DNA of 64,000 bases from assembly GCF_032444005.1 (NCBI RefSeq), contig NC_091282.1, positions 778,286,001 to 778,350,000 of the forward strand. The letters run 5' to 3'. How positions within the stretch are numbered: the stretch's first letter is position 1; the number at the start of each line of letters is the position of its first letter. Below, one piece after another: positions 1 to 12,551 of this stretch. Source of the DNA: Ranitomeya imitator. Taxonomy: Eukaryota. The position numbers were made by a program, and so were the translations under genes. The notes below the pieces were generated by a model that worked only from the letters and a program-made list of their open reading frames with translations, was not told the DNA's origin and did no database searches.

Positions 1-1065
1 TTAAGTAGTTGTTAATGTTAGACTGCATTTGGCCTACTAGTTGGGTTGGGGCCTACTATCGGTGTCTGGCACTCCTTGCTGTTCTCCTCCACTGAACAAA
101 GCTGTGCCGCCTGTTTACTACGGTTGCCAATTTTGAACTGCATTTCGACTACTTACTGATTTGGCCCTACTCTCTGTGTCAGCCTCTCATTCCAGTTGTC
201 CTCCACTGCAATGCCCCCTGGTTATTCCTGTGTTACCAATTTTGAACTGCATTTAGCCCACTTTATTATTTGGGCCTATATCTGTGTTTCCACTTCATCG
301 TGCCCATTGCCCAGCCAGTGATAGATGAGTCTGCTGGTACATTGACCCATAACGCAACATTCCCCGTGCATGCTACACAACAACATTGTGACCCTGCTGA
401 AAGTCAGGTTGCTCTTCCCGCATACCATACCACCTTACACGGGGACAAAGAGGAAGGTGCAGATGAAAGTGCAGGTTCCTTCATCAGGTGGGGGGAGGAA
501 TACTAGTTGGCGACGTCACTGGCACAGGGCCTCTCATAGTACGCAAAAGTGTTGCTGCCGGTGGGAGGCGCCCCCGCCATGCAAACACACCGCTGTACTT
601 TGAGGGGCCCTGTGCCAGTGCCAATGCCAACAAGTGGGCCCCCCCTGCTTGCTCAGGATCACAGCACTTGCAACGTTGAAATACTTACCTCTCCCTGCTC
701 CACTGCCGTGACGTGGTCCAGATTTCCTGGGCCCACTAATTACTTGAACCAGCCCTACCCCACACAACTTTAGCCAAATGACCCCCAATTTCAAATGCCT
801 TCCAATTATTATAAGGTAAATTACGCTTGACAAGCTTCATTAAGAAGAATGGATGGTTTTGACATTAAAATGGGCACTCTAGGTGTTTTCCTGGCCCCCA
901 CTCACTGCCGACTATGCTGCCCCATTGACTTGCATTGGGTTTCGTGTTTCGGTCGATCCCGACTTTACGTCATAATCGGCCGATTTCACTCGACCCGACT
1001 TTTGAGATAGTCGGGTTTCGCGAAACCCGGCTCGACTCTAAAAAGGTCAAGGTCGCTCAACTCTA
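1..1065. mobile_element. One end of a hAT-type DNA transposon (other end outside the window), inserted into Tx1 ORF2
   Basis: Ends in ...GGTCGCTCAACTCTA (reverse complement TAGAGTTGAGCGACC), similar to the TAGTGTTGAGC TIR at 4942. Subterminal CCCGA/TCGGG repeats, and cccattgacttgcattggg resembling 5711. Tx1 coding sequence starts right after. TSD cannot be verified. Confidence 0.7.
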
Positions 1066-3310
1066 TGTAGGACATTATTACTGTAGGGTCTGTAGGAGGG
1101 TTGACCATACCCAACCCTCCTAGTCTCCTAGTACGGTAAGTAACCTCCCTCTTTACCAGGTTCAGCCTATTCCCCCATAACAGTTGGAAGAACAAACTGT
1201 AGACCTGAGTCCAGAGAGATTCCGGCAAGATGCAGACACTGCCCAGATAAATCAGTAAAGGGAGCAGGTAAGTTTTGATCAGGTTTACCCTTTCCCATGG
1301 GGTCAAAGACCAAACCTTCCATTGGTTCACCTTCTGAGTGGCGATCTCTAGTCTGCTGTCCCAATTTTGTTCGGCCATATCTCAGAAGGACTGACCAGAG
1401 ATATTAATGATTAACCCGATCAAACGCTTTTGCCTGGTCCAGTGACAGCACGTACCCCTTCCAGTGAGCAGCCCTACCCTGTTCCACTGCCTCTCGGACA
1501 CAGAGCGCAGCACTAAATGTGCTGCGGCGTGGAACAGATCAAAGCTGGGCCTCCGAAAGGAGTCGGGGTGCAAATTTTATCAGCCGATTAAGCAGCACCT
1601 TTGCCAGAACCTTCCTGTCTGCATTCAGAAGCGTTATAGGACGCCAATTCTCAATGCAAGATGGGTCCTTACCCTTTGACACAATGATCAGGGCAGACCG
1701 ACTCATTGACTTCGGCAGAGTGCCCGAGGAAAGACACTCATTGAATACCTCAGTCAAGAGGGGATCCAAAGCGTCCTTAAAGGTCTTACAGAATTCAGAT
1801 GTTAAGCCATCTAGATCGGGCGATTTTTTTTTTTTGGGGGAAGGGGCAAGCCCTTCAACTGCCAACTTAACTTCCTCTTCCCTGATCATCTCTGTGAAAA
1901 CGTCAAGAGGGGTCTACCCCTGGTTTGGGGACAGCTTCAGCCAGGAAAGCCGACATCTCATCCTAATCAAGATCCCTCTTCCCCAAGAGGTGCGAGTAGA
2001 AGGATCTGACAACCTCCAGGATCCCTGATCTGGATCGCCTCAGGGACCCCGTAGTGTTGACCAGTCCTGTAACTACTTTATTATTCACTGACATCTTGCA
2101 GGTTCTGTAAGGGTCGGGTGAGCGGTACTTCCCGTAATCCCTCTCAAAAACCAAAGATGCGTGTCTATCGTACTGACACCTCATAAACAAAGATTTCACT
2201 ATGGAGGTCTCGCAGCTATCTCCAGTTGAGACAAGATGCTTGAGTTTCCTCCTCAGACCCTGACACAGGTGGTACCTGCTAAGACTCCTCAGGCTCAAGA
2301 GCTAGCAAAAGAATCTCGCCACCCTTTCCATAAACATCTCCCACCACTCTTATTTGCTACTACAAAGATCCAGTAAGGGTACCTGGCTCTGAAGAAAATC
2401 CTCAAAGGACTGTCTTATTGTAAGAGGGTAGTGCTGTTATGGACAAAAAGAAACACGCTGTCACTTTAAGAGGCTGCATCCCCTTGTCTGGTGTGATGGT
2501 TTTATGTTTGTTATGAACTGGTTGGTGCTGTGTGGAGGGGTGGAGCTGAAGCAGCGTGTGGAGGGAAAGTTTCAGAGAGAACTGAGAGAACTTTGTGCTG
2601 TTCTGGCTGCAAGAAAGATTACACAGCTTGAGACGAACTGCGTTTGTTAAATAGACTTTCCCGTTTACAGCAAAGGGTGGCTGTTCTGTGCTAGTTTGTG
2701 AAGCCACGAAGATACTGAGAAGGGGACTTACAGTTTCCAGGAGCATCCCTAGGATCCAGAAGCAAGGAGAAGACCTTTTCTTGCGGATTTCATGCAGAAA
2801 ATGTCCGGAATTCTCAGGAATTTTCTGCATGAATTCCTGAACGTGTGCACATAGCCTTAAGGGTGACGCTATCATATGGGAGCTTGTCTCTGTAACCTCC
2901 CCTATCTTGGGACCTCGTGACAGTGTTGAAGTCCCCTCCAAAGACAACCTGCCGACTTGTAAAAAGATAAGGCTTGATCCTTATAAAGTTACACTTTCGG
3001 ACCCACTTAGATTGGAAAGCATGCTAATGAGCTGGAGCTCTTGTACCTTCATGAGGACATCTAAAATCAGGCACCTCCCCATTTCTAACTCAATAACCCG
3101 TCAGCATTCCACCGGTGCGGTAAAAAGGACCGCCACTCCGCTATACGGCTCGGCCGAAAGAGACCAATAGGAGGGCCCGGATCTCCACTCCCTCTTAGCT
3201 TTAAACACATCTGCCATGTTTGGCAGCCTGGTCTCTTGCAAAAAGAAAATGTCAGCTTCAACCTAGCTGAGAAAATCAAAGGCCACAAATCTGGCAATAT
3301 TTGACTTTAT
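1066..3310 (-). pseudogene. Tx1/L1-clade non-LTR retrotransposon ORF2 remnant (APE endonuclease + partial RT)
   Basis: Minus-strand peptides: endonuclease IKSNIARFVAFDFLS*VEADIFFLQETRL (3230-3310); RT KKSPDLDGLTSEF, NWRPITLLNADRKVLAKVL, LSLDQAKAFDRVNH; post-RT ERVNLIKTYLLPLLIY...GGLGMVNP. Stops and frameshifts present. The segment that should carry YADD is deleted near 1380. Confidence 0.9.
2420..2856. mobile_element. Foreign insertion replacing part of Tx1 ORF2, with a PIF/Harbinger-like MITE end
   Basis: Tx1 coding similarity is lost here. The right end GTGTGCACATAGCC|TTAA matches the GGCTATGTGCACAC terminus at 17780. Left end not identified. Confidence 0.45.
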
Positions 3311-3968
3311 GAACTCCAGAATGGATGGAGTACAAGAAAACCACCAAAAAGTATTACAATCCAAGTAATTTTATTAAACAAAAATATTACATACATAAAA
3401 TGTAAGCCATACATAATAGCACAGAGAGGGAAAAAAGGTAAGAAGACATGCTGATACAGCAGGAAAAAGGTGGACAACAAAATAACCATAGGTAGGCAAG
3501 ATCATAAACCATATACCAAAATAAGTGCAAACAAGTAGCAGTAACAAGCACTTGAAAAGAGGCTGGTGAATAGTCAGAAATTGTAGGCACATGCAACACC
3601 AGACTCATGCCCAACACGGTTAATCCTGCTTACCCATTATGACTAGTGGTGTCCACACGTCTCCCTAATGGTCCACTTGATGCGCGTTTCGCATGGCAGC
3701 TTTTTAAAAAAGGGAATTACCTTGTGCTATATCCCAGTTTATACAGGAGATGTGACCCTGGACATCGGTACATGCGGCGCACGCGTCCCAAAGATCGTGC
3801 ATCGCAAGTATCTCCTTCCTTCATGGCCGTCAGTACACTGCGCGCATGTGGGTGAAATTTCACCCAGTGACGTCAATGGACATGCGCACAGTGTACAACA
3901 TGATAGCCGCCAACAAAGCAAGATGGTGCAGGAATCAAGATGAGCGTGCGCACTGCGGCGGCCATTTT
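3311..3968. mobile_element. Unclassified repeat fragment, possibly Penelope-like
   Basis: Non-Tx1, non-CR1 block between the Tx1 endonuclease and CR1. Contains GCGAAACGCGC on the minus strand (3677-3714), resembling a decayed hammerhead core. Confidence 0.3.
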
Positions 3969-6900
3969 TAAGAAGACCAAGGGCGTATCCTTTAATAAGA
4001 TGTGTAGTAGAGGGGTTACAAGGACACTAAACTTCAGGAGGGCAAATTTCCAACAGATGAGAGAGGATCTTGGTGCAATTAACTGGGACGATATCCTGAG
4101 ACATAAAAATACACAAAGAAAATGGGAGACATTTATTAGCATCCTGGATAGGACCTGTGCACAGTATATACCGTATGGGAATAAACATACTAGAAATAGG
4201 AGGAAACCAATATGGCCCAATATGGCTAAATAGAGCTGTAAGGGGCGCAATAAGTGACAAAAAGAAAGCATTTCGAGAATTAAAGGAAGTAGGTAGTGAT
4301 GAGGCATTAAATAAATACAGAAAATTAAATAAATTCTGTGAAAAGCAAATCAAGGCAGCAAAGATTGAGACAGAGAGACTCATTGCCAGGGAGAGTAAAA
4401 ATAATCCCAAAATATTCTTTAACTACGTAAATAGTAAGAAACTAAAAAATGATAGTGTTGGCCCCCTTAAAAATAGTCTGTGTGAAATGCTGGATGAGGA
4501 TGAGGAAAAAGCCAATATGCGAAATGACTTTTTTTCATCAGTATTTACACAAGAAAATCCCATGGCAGAAAAAATGATCAGTGATAACAAAAATTCCACA
4601 TTAAGTGTCACCTGCTTAACCCAGCAGGAAGTGCGGCGGCGTCTAAAAATCACTAAAATTGACAAATCTCCGGGCCCGGATGGGATACACCTCCGAGTAC
4701 TGCAGGAATTAAGTACAGTCATTGATAGACCATTATTTTTAATCTTTAAAGACTCCATAATAACAGGGTCTGTACCACAGGACTGGCGTATAGCAAATGT
4801 GGTGCCAATATTCAAAAAGGGGACAAAAACTGAACTCAGAAATTATAGGCCAGTAAGCTTAACCTCTACTGTGGGTAAAATCCTGGAGGGCATTCTAAGG
4901 GATGCTATACTGGAGTATCTGAAGAGGAATAACCTCATGACTAGTGTTGAGCAATCCGATACCGCAAGTATCGGGTATCGGCCGATACTTGCGGTATCGG
5001 AATTCTGATACCGAGTTCCGATACTTTTGTGGTATCGGGTATCGGTATCGGATCCATAGTAATGTGTAAAATAAAGAATTAAAATAAAAAATATTGATAT
5101 AATTACCTCTCCGGAGGCCCCTGGACATCACCGCTGGTAACCGGCAGCCTTCTTTGTTTAAAATGAGCGCGTTTAGGGACTCCCATGACGTCACGGCTTC
5201 TGATTGGTCGCTTGCCACTCATGTGACCGCCACGCGACCAATCAGAAGCCGTGACGTCATTCTCAGGCCCTAAACTCCTCATTCTAGGAATTTAGGACCT
5301 GAGGAATGACGTCGCGGCTTCTGATTGGTCGCGTGGCAGTCACATGAGCGGCACGCGACCAATCAGAAGCCGCGACGTCATTCCTCAGGTCCTAAACTCC
5401 TCATTCTAGGAATTTAGGACCTGAGGAATGACGTCGCGGCTTCTGATTGGTCGCGTGGCGGTCACATGAGCGGCACGCGACCAATCAGAAGCCTCGACGT
5501 CATTCTCAGGTCCTAAACGCGCTCATTTTAAACAAAGAAGGCTGCCAGTTACCAGCGGTGATGTCCAGGGGCCTCCGGAGAGGTAATTATATCAATATTT
5601 TTTATTTTAATTCTTTATTTTACACATTAATATGGATCCCAGGGCCTGAAGGAGAGTTTCCTCTCCTTCAGACCCTGGGAACCATCAGGATACCTTCCGA
5701 TACTTGGTGTCCCATTGACTTGTATTGGTATCGGGTATCGGTATCGGCGATATCCGATACTTTTCGGGTATCGGCCGATACTATCAGATACCGATACTTT
5801 CAAGTATCGGACGGTATTGCTCAACACTACTCATGACCCAGTATCAGCACGGGTTTACTAGGGACCGTTCCTGTCAGACTAATCTGATCAGTTTCTATGA
5901 AGAGGTAAGTTCCTGACTGGACCAAGGGAACGCAGTGGACGTAGTATATATGGACTTTTCAAAAGCTTTTAATCCGGTGCCACACAAAAGGTTGATACAT
6001 AAAATAAGAATAATGAGGATAGGGGAAAATATGTGTAAGTGGGTTAAGAGCTGGCTCAGGGATAGGAAACAAACGGTGGTTATTAATGGAGCACACTCGG
6101 ACTGGGTCGCGGTTAGCAGTGGGGTACCACAGGGGTCAGTATTGGGCCCTCTTTTTAACATATTTATTACTGACCTTGTAGGGGGCATTCAGAGCAGAAT
6201 TTCAATATTTGCAGATGACACTAAACTCTGCAGGGTAATCAATACAGAGGAGGACAATCTTATATTACAGGATGATTTATGTAAACTAGAAGCTTGGGCT
6301 GATAAATGGCAAATGAGCTTTAATGGGGATAAATGTAAGGTCATCCACTTGGGTAGAAGTAATAAGATGTATAACTATGCGCTTAATTCTAAAACTCTGG
6401 GCAAAACCGTCAATGAAAAAGACCTGGGTGTATGGGTGGATGACAAACTCATGTTCAGTAGCCAGTGTCAGGCAGCTGCTACAAAGGCAAATAAAATAAT
6501 GGGATGCATTAAAAGAGGCATAGATGCACATGAGAACATAATTTTACTTCTATACAAGTCACTAGTTCAACCACACTTAGAATACTGTGCACAGTTCTGG
6601 TCTCCGGTGTATAAGAAAGACATAGCTGAACTAGAGCGGGTGCAGAGAAGAGCGACCAAGGTTATTAGAGGACTGGGGGGTCTGCAATACCAAGATAAGT
6701 TATTACACTTGGGGCTATTTAGTTTGGAAAAAAGGTTAAGCGGTGATCTTATATTAATGTAGAAATATATGAGGGGACAGTACAAATACCTTTCTGATGA
6801 TCTTTTTAATCATAGACCTGAAACAGGGACAAGGGGGCATCCTCTACGTCTGGAGGAAAGAAGGTTTAAGCATAATAACAGACGCGGGTTCTTTACTGTA

Positions 6901-7228
6901 AGAGCAGTGAGACTGTGGAACTCTCTGCCGTATGATGTTGTAATGAGTGATTCATTACTTAAATTTAAGAGGGGATTGGATACCTTTCTTGAAAAGTATA
7001 GTGTTACAGGGTATATACACTAGATTCCTTGATAGGGCGTTGATCCAGGGAACTAGTCTGATTGCCGTATGTGGAGTGGGGAAGGAATTTTTTTCCTTAA
7101 AGTGGAGCTTACTATTTGTCACATGGTTTTTTTTTGCCTTCCTCTGGATCAACATGTTAGGGCATGTTAGGTTAGGCTATGGGTTGAACTAGATGGACTT
7201 AAAGTCTTCCTTCAACCTTAACGTGACT
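3969..7228 (+). mobile_element. 5'-truncated CR1 LINE (ORF2 RT plus 3'UTR), disrupted
   Basis: Peptides LNFRRANFQQMRE, KSPGPDGIHLRVLQEL, NYRPVSLTSTVGKILE, QHGFTRDRSCQTNLISFY, YMDFSKAF, SGVPQGSVLGP, IFADDTKL, ELERVQRRATK, TRGHPLRLE. CR1-type 3' end GGGTTGAACTAGATGGAC...TTCAACC. Stop at ~5914 and frameshifts. Confidence 0.95.
4942..5829. mobile_element. Non-autonomous hAT element (888 bp) inserted in CR1 ORF2
   Basis: TIR TAGTGTTGAGC...GCTCAACACTA; exact 8-bp TSD CTCATGAC (4934-4941, 5830-5837). Removing it restores CR1 LMT-QYQHGF. GTATCGG subterminal repeats. Confidence 0.95.
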
Positions 7229-7269
7229 CTGTCACCTGAATTTGGAGGGAACAATCTTCAGCCATAGGG

Positions 7270-9987
7270 GCGGGGTTTTTGGGTGTTTGATTCACCCTTT
7301 CCTTACCCGCTGGCTGCATGCTGGCTGCAATATTGGATTGAAGTTCATTCTCTGTCCTCCGTAGTACATGCCTGCACAAGGCAATCTTGCCTTGCTGGAT
7401 GCCTCAGCTGGGCAGGCGCCTTTTTATTGCTTTTCCTCCTTGGTCCCTCAGCTCCCTCACCCCTTCTAGTCCCTTCACCAGCAGAATCGGCCTCACGGCT
7501 TTTTCCCACCGGGGTCATGACTGCATTAGCGAAGGAGCGAGGACAACGGCTGAATGGGTGACCTAACTCACCACACAGATGGCACCTAATCTCCACACAA
7601 TATGCTGCAAGATGGCCGATATCCCCACACAATGCACATTTCTGCACAGTGCAGTTTGCACTGAAGTGCGTGGGGTCGCCACACCCATGACAGAGCTTCG
7701 ATTGCCCCTGATAGACCAGGATATGATCCCTACCCAGGAAGGCAGATGATGGAATGTGGGCAACCGTACCACCTGAATGCTCAAGTTTTACCATAATAGT
7801 CCATGCCCCTGACCAGATACCAAACTTGTCGCAGTTTTTCTTTAGCATCTCCACCACCTCTCTATACCGACCAAGCCACATCATGATGTCATAACCAGAA
7901 AGCGACTCATTACAAGTCATCACGGTCACTTTCTTGACTTGCTTTTGGCAAAACACCGCCTGAATGGCAAAGTCTCGCAAGCCGGGCTAATTTTTTGCCA
8001 ACTCATAATTCAACCAGAAGAGCTGAAGCCCTTCTGGCTGAACGAAGCTGACATTAAACTCAGGTGTGGAACAGGAATGTTTCAAGACGTAGATGTCAAT
8101 TGCCCTGAAGCCCATCCTCAGCAGGAGCTCCACAACCTTAGATCTTGGAGGACACGCATCACTACCCCTCCACTGAAGATGGACCACATTCATACGCACA
8201 GTTCCCGGCCCCACTGTTGGGAGGAACCACACTGTATCCCCCTTCTTTGCTCTCGGAAGGCCCTGAGGCCATGCCTCTCTATCTAGGATAGATCTACCTC
8301 TGGACCCTTGACCATAAGTGATCTCTCTCCCTTCTTTAGAACCCACAGGAAACGCCACTGCAATATACCGTCCCCGGAGATGAGGAGGACGCCTTATTTT
8401 CCCTAGAGGTGACAGCGGCATAACTCTTGAAGGGTACTGCCACCACCGGAGGGGGCAACCAGACCAGTGACCACATCAACTCCAACAGTATCACTATTAC
8501 CCACCTCCATAACCCCTTTCACCCTCCACCAAACCAGCAACCGCACCAAGAAGAGTTCTCCTTATTCATACCCACCACATTCACTCCTGCTGGACTAGTG
8601 ACAACAAGGGGTGATATTTTGACCTCCGTATCACCAGGCACAAGGGGTTCAGTCTCCACCAACTGGAGGTGACCTCACCCCTGGTCTTACGTGTGCCCTC
8701 CGCATCATCAGTTGATAATATCTGTTGCTTCGCATTTGCTACCAGGCGAGGTTGATCCTTAGCCATTGTGAGGCACCATTGATCCTTTATATCAGTTTCT
8801 TGTTGACCAGTGGCGCCAACACAGAATAGGACTTTGGGAGCACTGGAACTCCCAGCCACGGCAACCCCCTCACACTGCTGCCGCTTCTCAACTAAGTGAT
8901 CAGTGGAAACAGAATTCAGGGGTGCCGAGACAACAGGAGCTGCCCCCGACACTGGGCAGCTCCCCCCTCCCACTGAGGAGCGCACCACAGTATCATGGCC
9001 TGACCATTTGCCCGCCACCAGGCCACCCGCTACTGCAAGCGGAGACGGAGCTCTGTGCCTCACTACCATGCTTTGTAATCTCCCCGCACTTTTGCACCGG
9101 ATCCACAGCAGAACTCAGGTTGGGCTGGGCAACGGGATTTATACAGCGAGCTGACCCTGCAGCCGACTCAGGGGGCACAGGGAGGGGGGCATACACATAG
9201 CTTACCGCTTCCTACAGCTTTGGCTTGGTGGTCTTTGCCTTTTTCTTCTGGCCCCCAGGTGCCTCCTGTGGTAAATCATCACCAAGATGGAAGTCCTGAA
9301 GGCACACTGGGTCTCCAGGAGCTTAATCTCTGCCATTAGCGCCCCTCTCTGTCCGTTGTTGTCACTGTCCTCGCTAGAGCCAGCAGAACTGCGCCCAGAT
9401 GTTAATGTCACCTGTCCTGCAGGGAGCTCGTTGCACGTGGCCTGTGGGTGACGTTACAGGCTGCCAAGTGGGGCTTTCTCCTGGTATTCATCACTCCCAT
9501 CATTCACCTAGCTCTCAGGCTGCAGCCCCATCTGCCTTTGCTCTCTGGTATCAGCCATATCTCTGAATCAGTCTGTATTCATTAGTTTATCCTTGAAAGG
9601 ACCACTGTTCTCTCTTATGAAGGCTTTTCTTACTGCCAGCTCAATAAGTTCATTTTTGAGCCTCCTTACCTGTGCCTGGAGTTGCGTCTTCCTCGGTTTG
9701 GAGGCTCCCGCAGCTTTGGCGTTTGTGCAGAGCAGCTCTTCCCGAAACCTCCTGATGGTCTTACTCACATCTTCATACTCACAGAGATGGCTCATGACTC
9801 GGGAGCCATAGGTGGACACAGACTCCTGCGGTCTCTGCAGCCCCCAACCTTCCTCAGTGAGGTCGGCCTCACCTCTGTGAGCACTCAGTCTCTCACCCCG
9901 AGTCCTCTGATGTGCAGGACGGTTGCTGGTTTCTTCTGCCCCTCGCTAGCCTGGTCCGCGGAACAGAAGCCTGGGACTTGGCTCCAT
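7270..9987 (-). pseudogene. Tx1/L1-clade ORF1 remnant, ZCCHC3-like (coiled-coil-like N-terminus, RRM-like region, three CCHC knuckles)
   Basis: CHGCGDPTHFSANC, CALCGDIGHLAAYC and CHLCGELGHPFSRC knuckles; VVELLLRMGF...FNVSF...WLGRY...GIWSGAW; helical RRLKNELIELAVRK at 9568-9819. Putative ATG at 9985-9987. Same strand as, and upstream of, the ORF2 remnant. Many stops. Confidence 0.85.
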
Positions 9988-10125
9988 CTCTCATCCCAGG
10001 AAATCCAGTTCTCCCCTGGGTAGGAGAGAGAACAGGTCCCAAAGTGGAGAGGTTTTGGTTCTCAGGAGCAACAGCAGAATCAGTAGTGACTGCACCCACA
10101 ATTACCAGAGTGAGCAACAGTTGAA

Positions 10126-11165
10126 CAGAGCTGCACTCACTATTCTGCTGGTGCAGTCACCGTGTACATACATTACATTACTGATCCTAAGTTATATCCT
10201 GTATTATACTCCAGAGCTGCACTCACTACTCTGCTGGAGCAGTCACTGTGTACATACATGACATTACTGATCCTGAGTTACATCCTGTATTATACTCCAA
10301 AGCTGCACTCACTATTCTGCTGGAGCAGTCACTGTGTACATACATTACATTACTGATCCTGAGTTACATCCTGTATTACACCCCAGTGTTGCACTCACTA
10401 TTCTGCTGGAGCAGTCACTGTGTATATACATTACACTACTGATCCTGAGTTACATCCTGTATTAAACTCCAGAGCTGCACTCACTATTCTGCTGGTGCAG
10501 TCACTGTGTACATACATTACATTACTGATCCTGAGTTACATCCTGTATTATACCCCAGAGCTGCACTCACTATTCTGCTGGTGCAGTCACTGTGTACATA
10601 CATTACATTACTGATCCTGAGTTACCTCCTGTATTATACCCCAGAGCTACACTCACTATTCTGCTGGTGAAGTCACTGTGTACATACATTACTGATTCTG
10701 TACTGATCCTGAGTTACCTCCTGTATTATACCCCAGAGCTACACTCACTATTCTGCTGGTGCAGTCACTGTGTACATACATTACTGATCCTGAGTTACAT
10801 CCTGTATTATAACCCAGAGCTGCGCTCACTATTCTGCTGGTGCAGTCACTATGTACATACACTACATTACTGATCCTGAGTTACATCCTGTATTATACTC
10901 CAGAGCTGCACTCTCTATTCTGCTGCTGCAGTCACTGTGGACATACATTACATTACTGATTCTGATTTACATCCTGTATTATACCCCCGAGCTGCACTCA
11001 CTATTCTGCTGGAGCAGTCACTGTGTACATACATTACACTACTGATCCGGAGTTACCTCCTGTATTATACCCCAGAGCTGCACTCACTACTCTGCTGGTG
11101 CAGTCACTGTGTACATACATTACATTACTGATCCTGTATTACACTCCAGAGCTGCACTCACAATT
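10126..11165 (+). repeat. 86-bp minisatellite array (copy 1, ~12 units)
   Basis: Unit CCAGAGCTGCACTCACTATTCTGCTGGTGCAGTCACTGTGTACATACATTACATTACTGATCCTGAGTTACATCCTGTATTATACT; period 86 measured (10211 to 10297). Confidence 0.97.
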
Positions 11166-11499
11166 CTGTTGGTGGAGACACTGTTACTAATCCTGTTCTC
11201 TCTCTTTACATGACCAGTGGTGAATATCTGTGAGATCTTCTGGGTACGGGAGAATGATGCAGCAGTTCCGCTTTCTCCTTCGCTTCTCTGAAAGCTTTGT
11301 GCCTTCATTACTGGTGGGAGAGGTCTTTTTAGTTGAGGTCTACTGTTCTGGAGCTGTTCATTGTTCTCCGCTGGTTAGAACAAACTGGAACATTTGATGA
11401 GAATTTCTGCAGCTTTCAAAATTATTTTTATCCTTTACCATTTTTAAGTTCACTGCTTGCGGTCATGAAGTATAAACATTATTGAAATCTTTTTTTGTG

Positions 11500-11873
11500 C
11501 AATGTTTAAGATTGCAATAATACAAAGTAACAGACCTGGAGCGGATTCGTGTGCGGATTTTTCCCCACCATTTTTGCACTGTGCTTTACCTGCGGATTTA
11601 CTGCGGATTTTGTGCGGATTCCACCTGTGTTTTTACACCTGCAGATTCCTATTATGGAGCAGGTGTAAACTGCTGCGGAATTCGCACAAAGAATTGACAT
11701 GCTGCGGAAAATAAACCGCAGCGTTTCTGCGCGGTATTTTCCGCACCATGGTCACAGCGGATTTTGTTTTCCAGAGGTTTACATGGTACTTTACAGCGCA
11801 TGGAAAACTGCTGCGAATCAGCAGCGGCCAATCCACTGCGGCTCCGCAACATGTGCACAAACCCTAAAACTTC
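11500..11873 (-). mobile_element. PIF/Harbinger-type MITE (same family as 17780-18120, opposite orientation)
   Basis: TGCGGA/TCCGCA-rich. Shared segment CACAAAGAATTGACATGCTGCGGAAAATAAACC is the reverse complement of 17914-17950. Ends ...ATGTGCACAAACC. Confidence 0.7.
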
Positions 11874-12332
11874 CCCAACGGCTGTGCTGCTCCTCCACCA
11901 CCAGGTGTCACTACTCCATCAGATTACACTGGTCTTCAAAAAAAATTATTTCTGGCATGGACTTTAAGAACAGTTTTAGACTAATTTGAGGGTGCTGAAT
12001 TCAAATCTGATCTTATAATTTCTCTATCACATCACGTTTTTGCGCTATAGGTATATAGCCCATTTTCATGAATTCCATTATATATATTTATAGTGTATGA
12101 AAAGTGCCGGTTTATACGGTTCACTAAGGTAAATTTAGTTTTCATTTAGTCTCCCAATAAATGTGAAAATATCTTTGTTTTCATGCATAATTCCTATTTG
12201 TTATGATAACACCCTTGTTTTCTGTGCTACTGGGACAGTAGAGCTACAGCAGAGCATTGGGTGAAAACTGAATGGCCTCAGTGGCAGAGTTTGGCATCTG
12301 GTGATAAGAATGTCATCCATAATCCTCTAGAG

Positions 12333-12530
12333 CAGGGGTCCCCAACCTGTAGCTCGGGAGCCACTTGTGGCTCGCGGTCCTATGAATTGTGGCTCGCGGC
12401 TGTCTGCCAGCTTGGTGCATGAGCTCCAGATCTAGCAAACAGGTATGAAGATCACATCTGTAAATGGTGAATTTTGTGAGCAGCCCTGCACAGAAGAGCA
12501 GATCTGGATGCACAGATCCTGGTCTTAGGG
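12333..12530 (+). mobile_element. hAT-Charlie-type MITE fragment (left end)
   Basis: CAGGGGTCCCCAACC terminus preceded by CTCTAGAG (NTCTAGAN Charlie target preference). Right TIR not found. Confidence 0.55.
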
Positions 12531-12551
12531 GTTTTGAGATGAATTAAGTAT

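Noticed and set aside
4895-5916. ORFs overlapping the hAT MITE (RYRYP/SIGRY repeats)
   Set aside because: Products of the GTATCGG subterminal repeats; no transposase similarity.
7345-8421. Host ZCCHC3 gene
   Set aside because: Contains stops and frameshifts and is colinear with a Tx1 ORF2, so it is retroelement ORF1 rather than the domesticated gene.
10055-11131. Hydrophobic ORFs (LLILSYILYYTPELHS...), also at 55.6 and 62.3 kb
   Set aside because: Translations of the 86-bp satellite.
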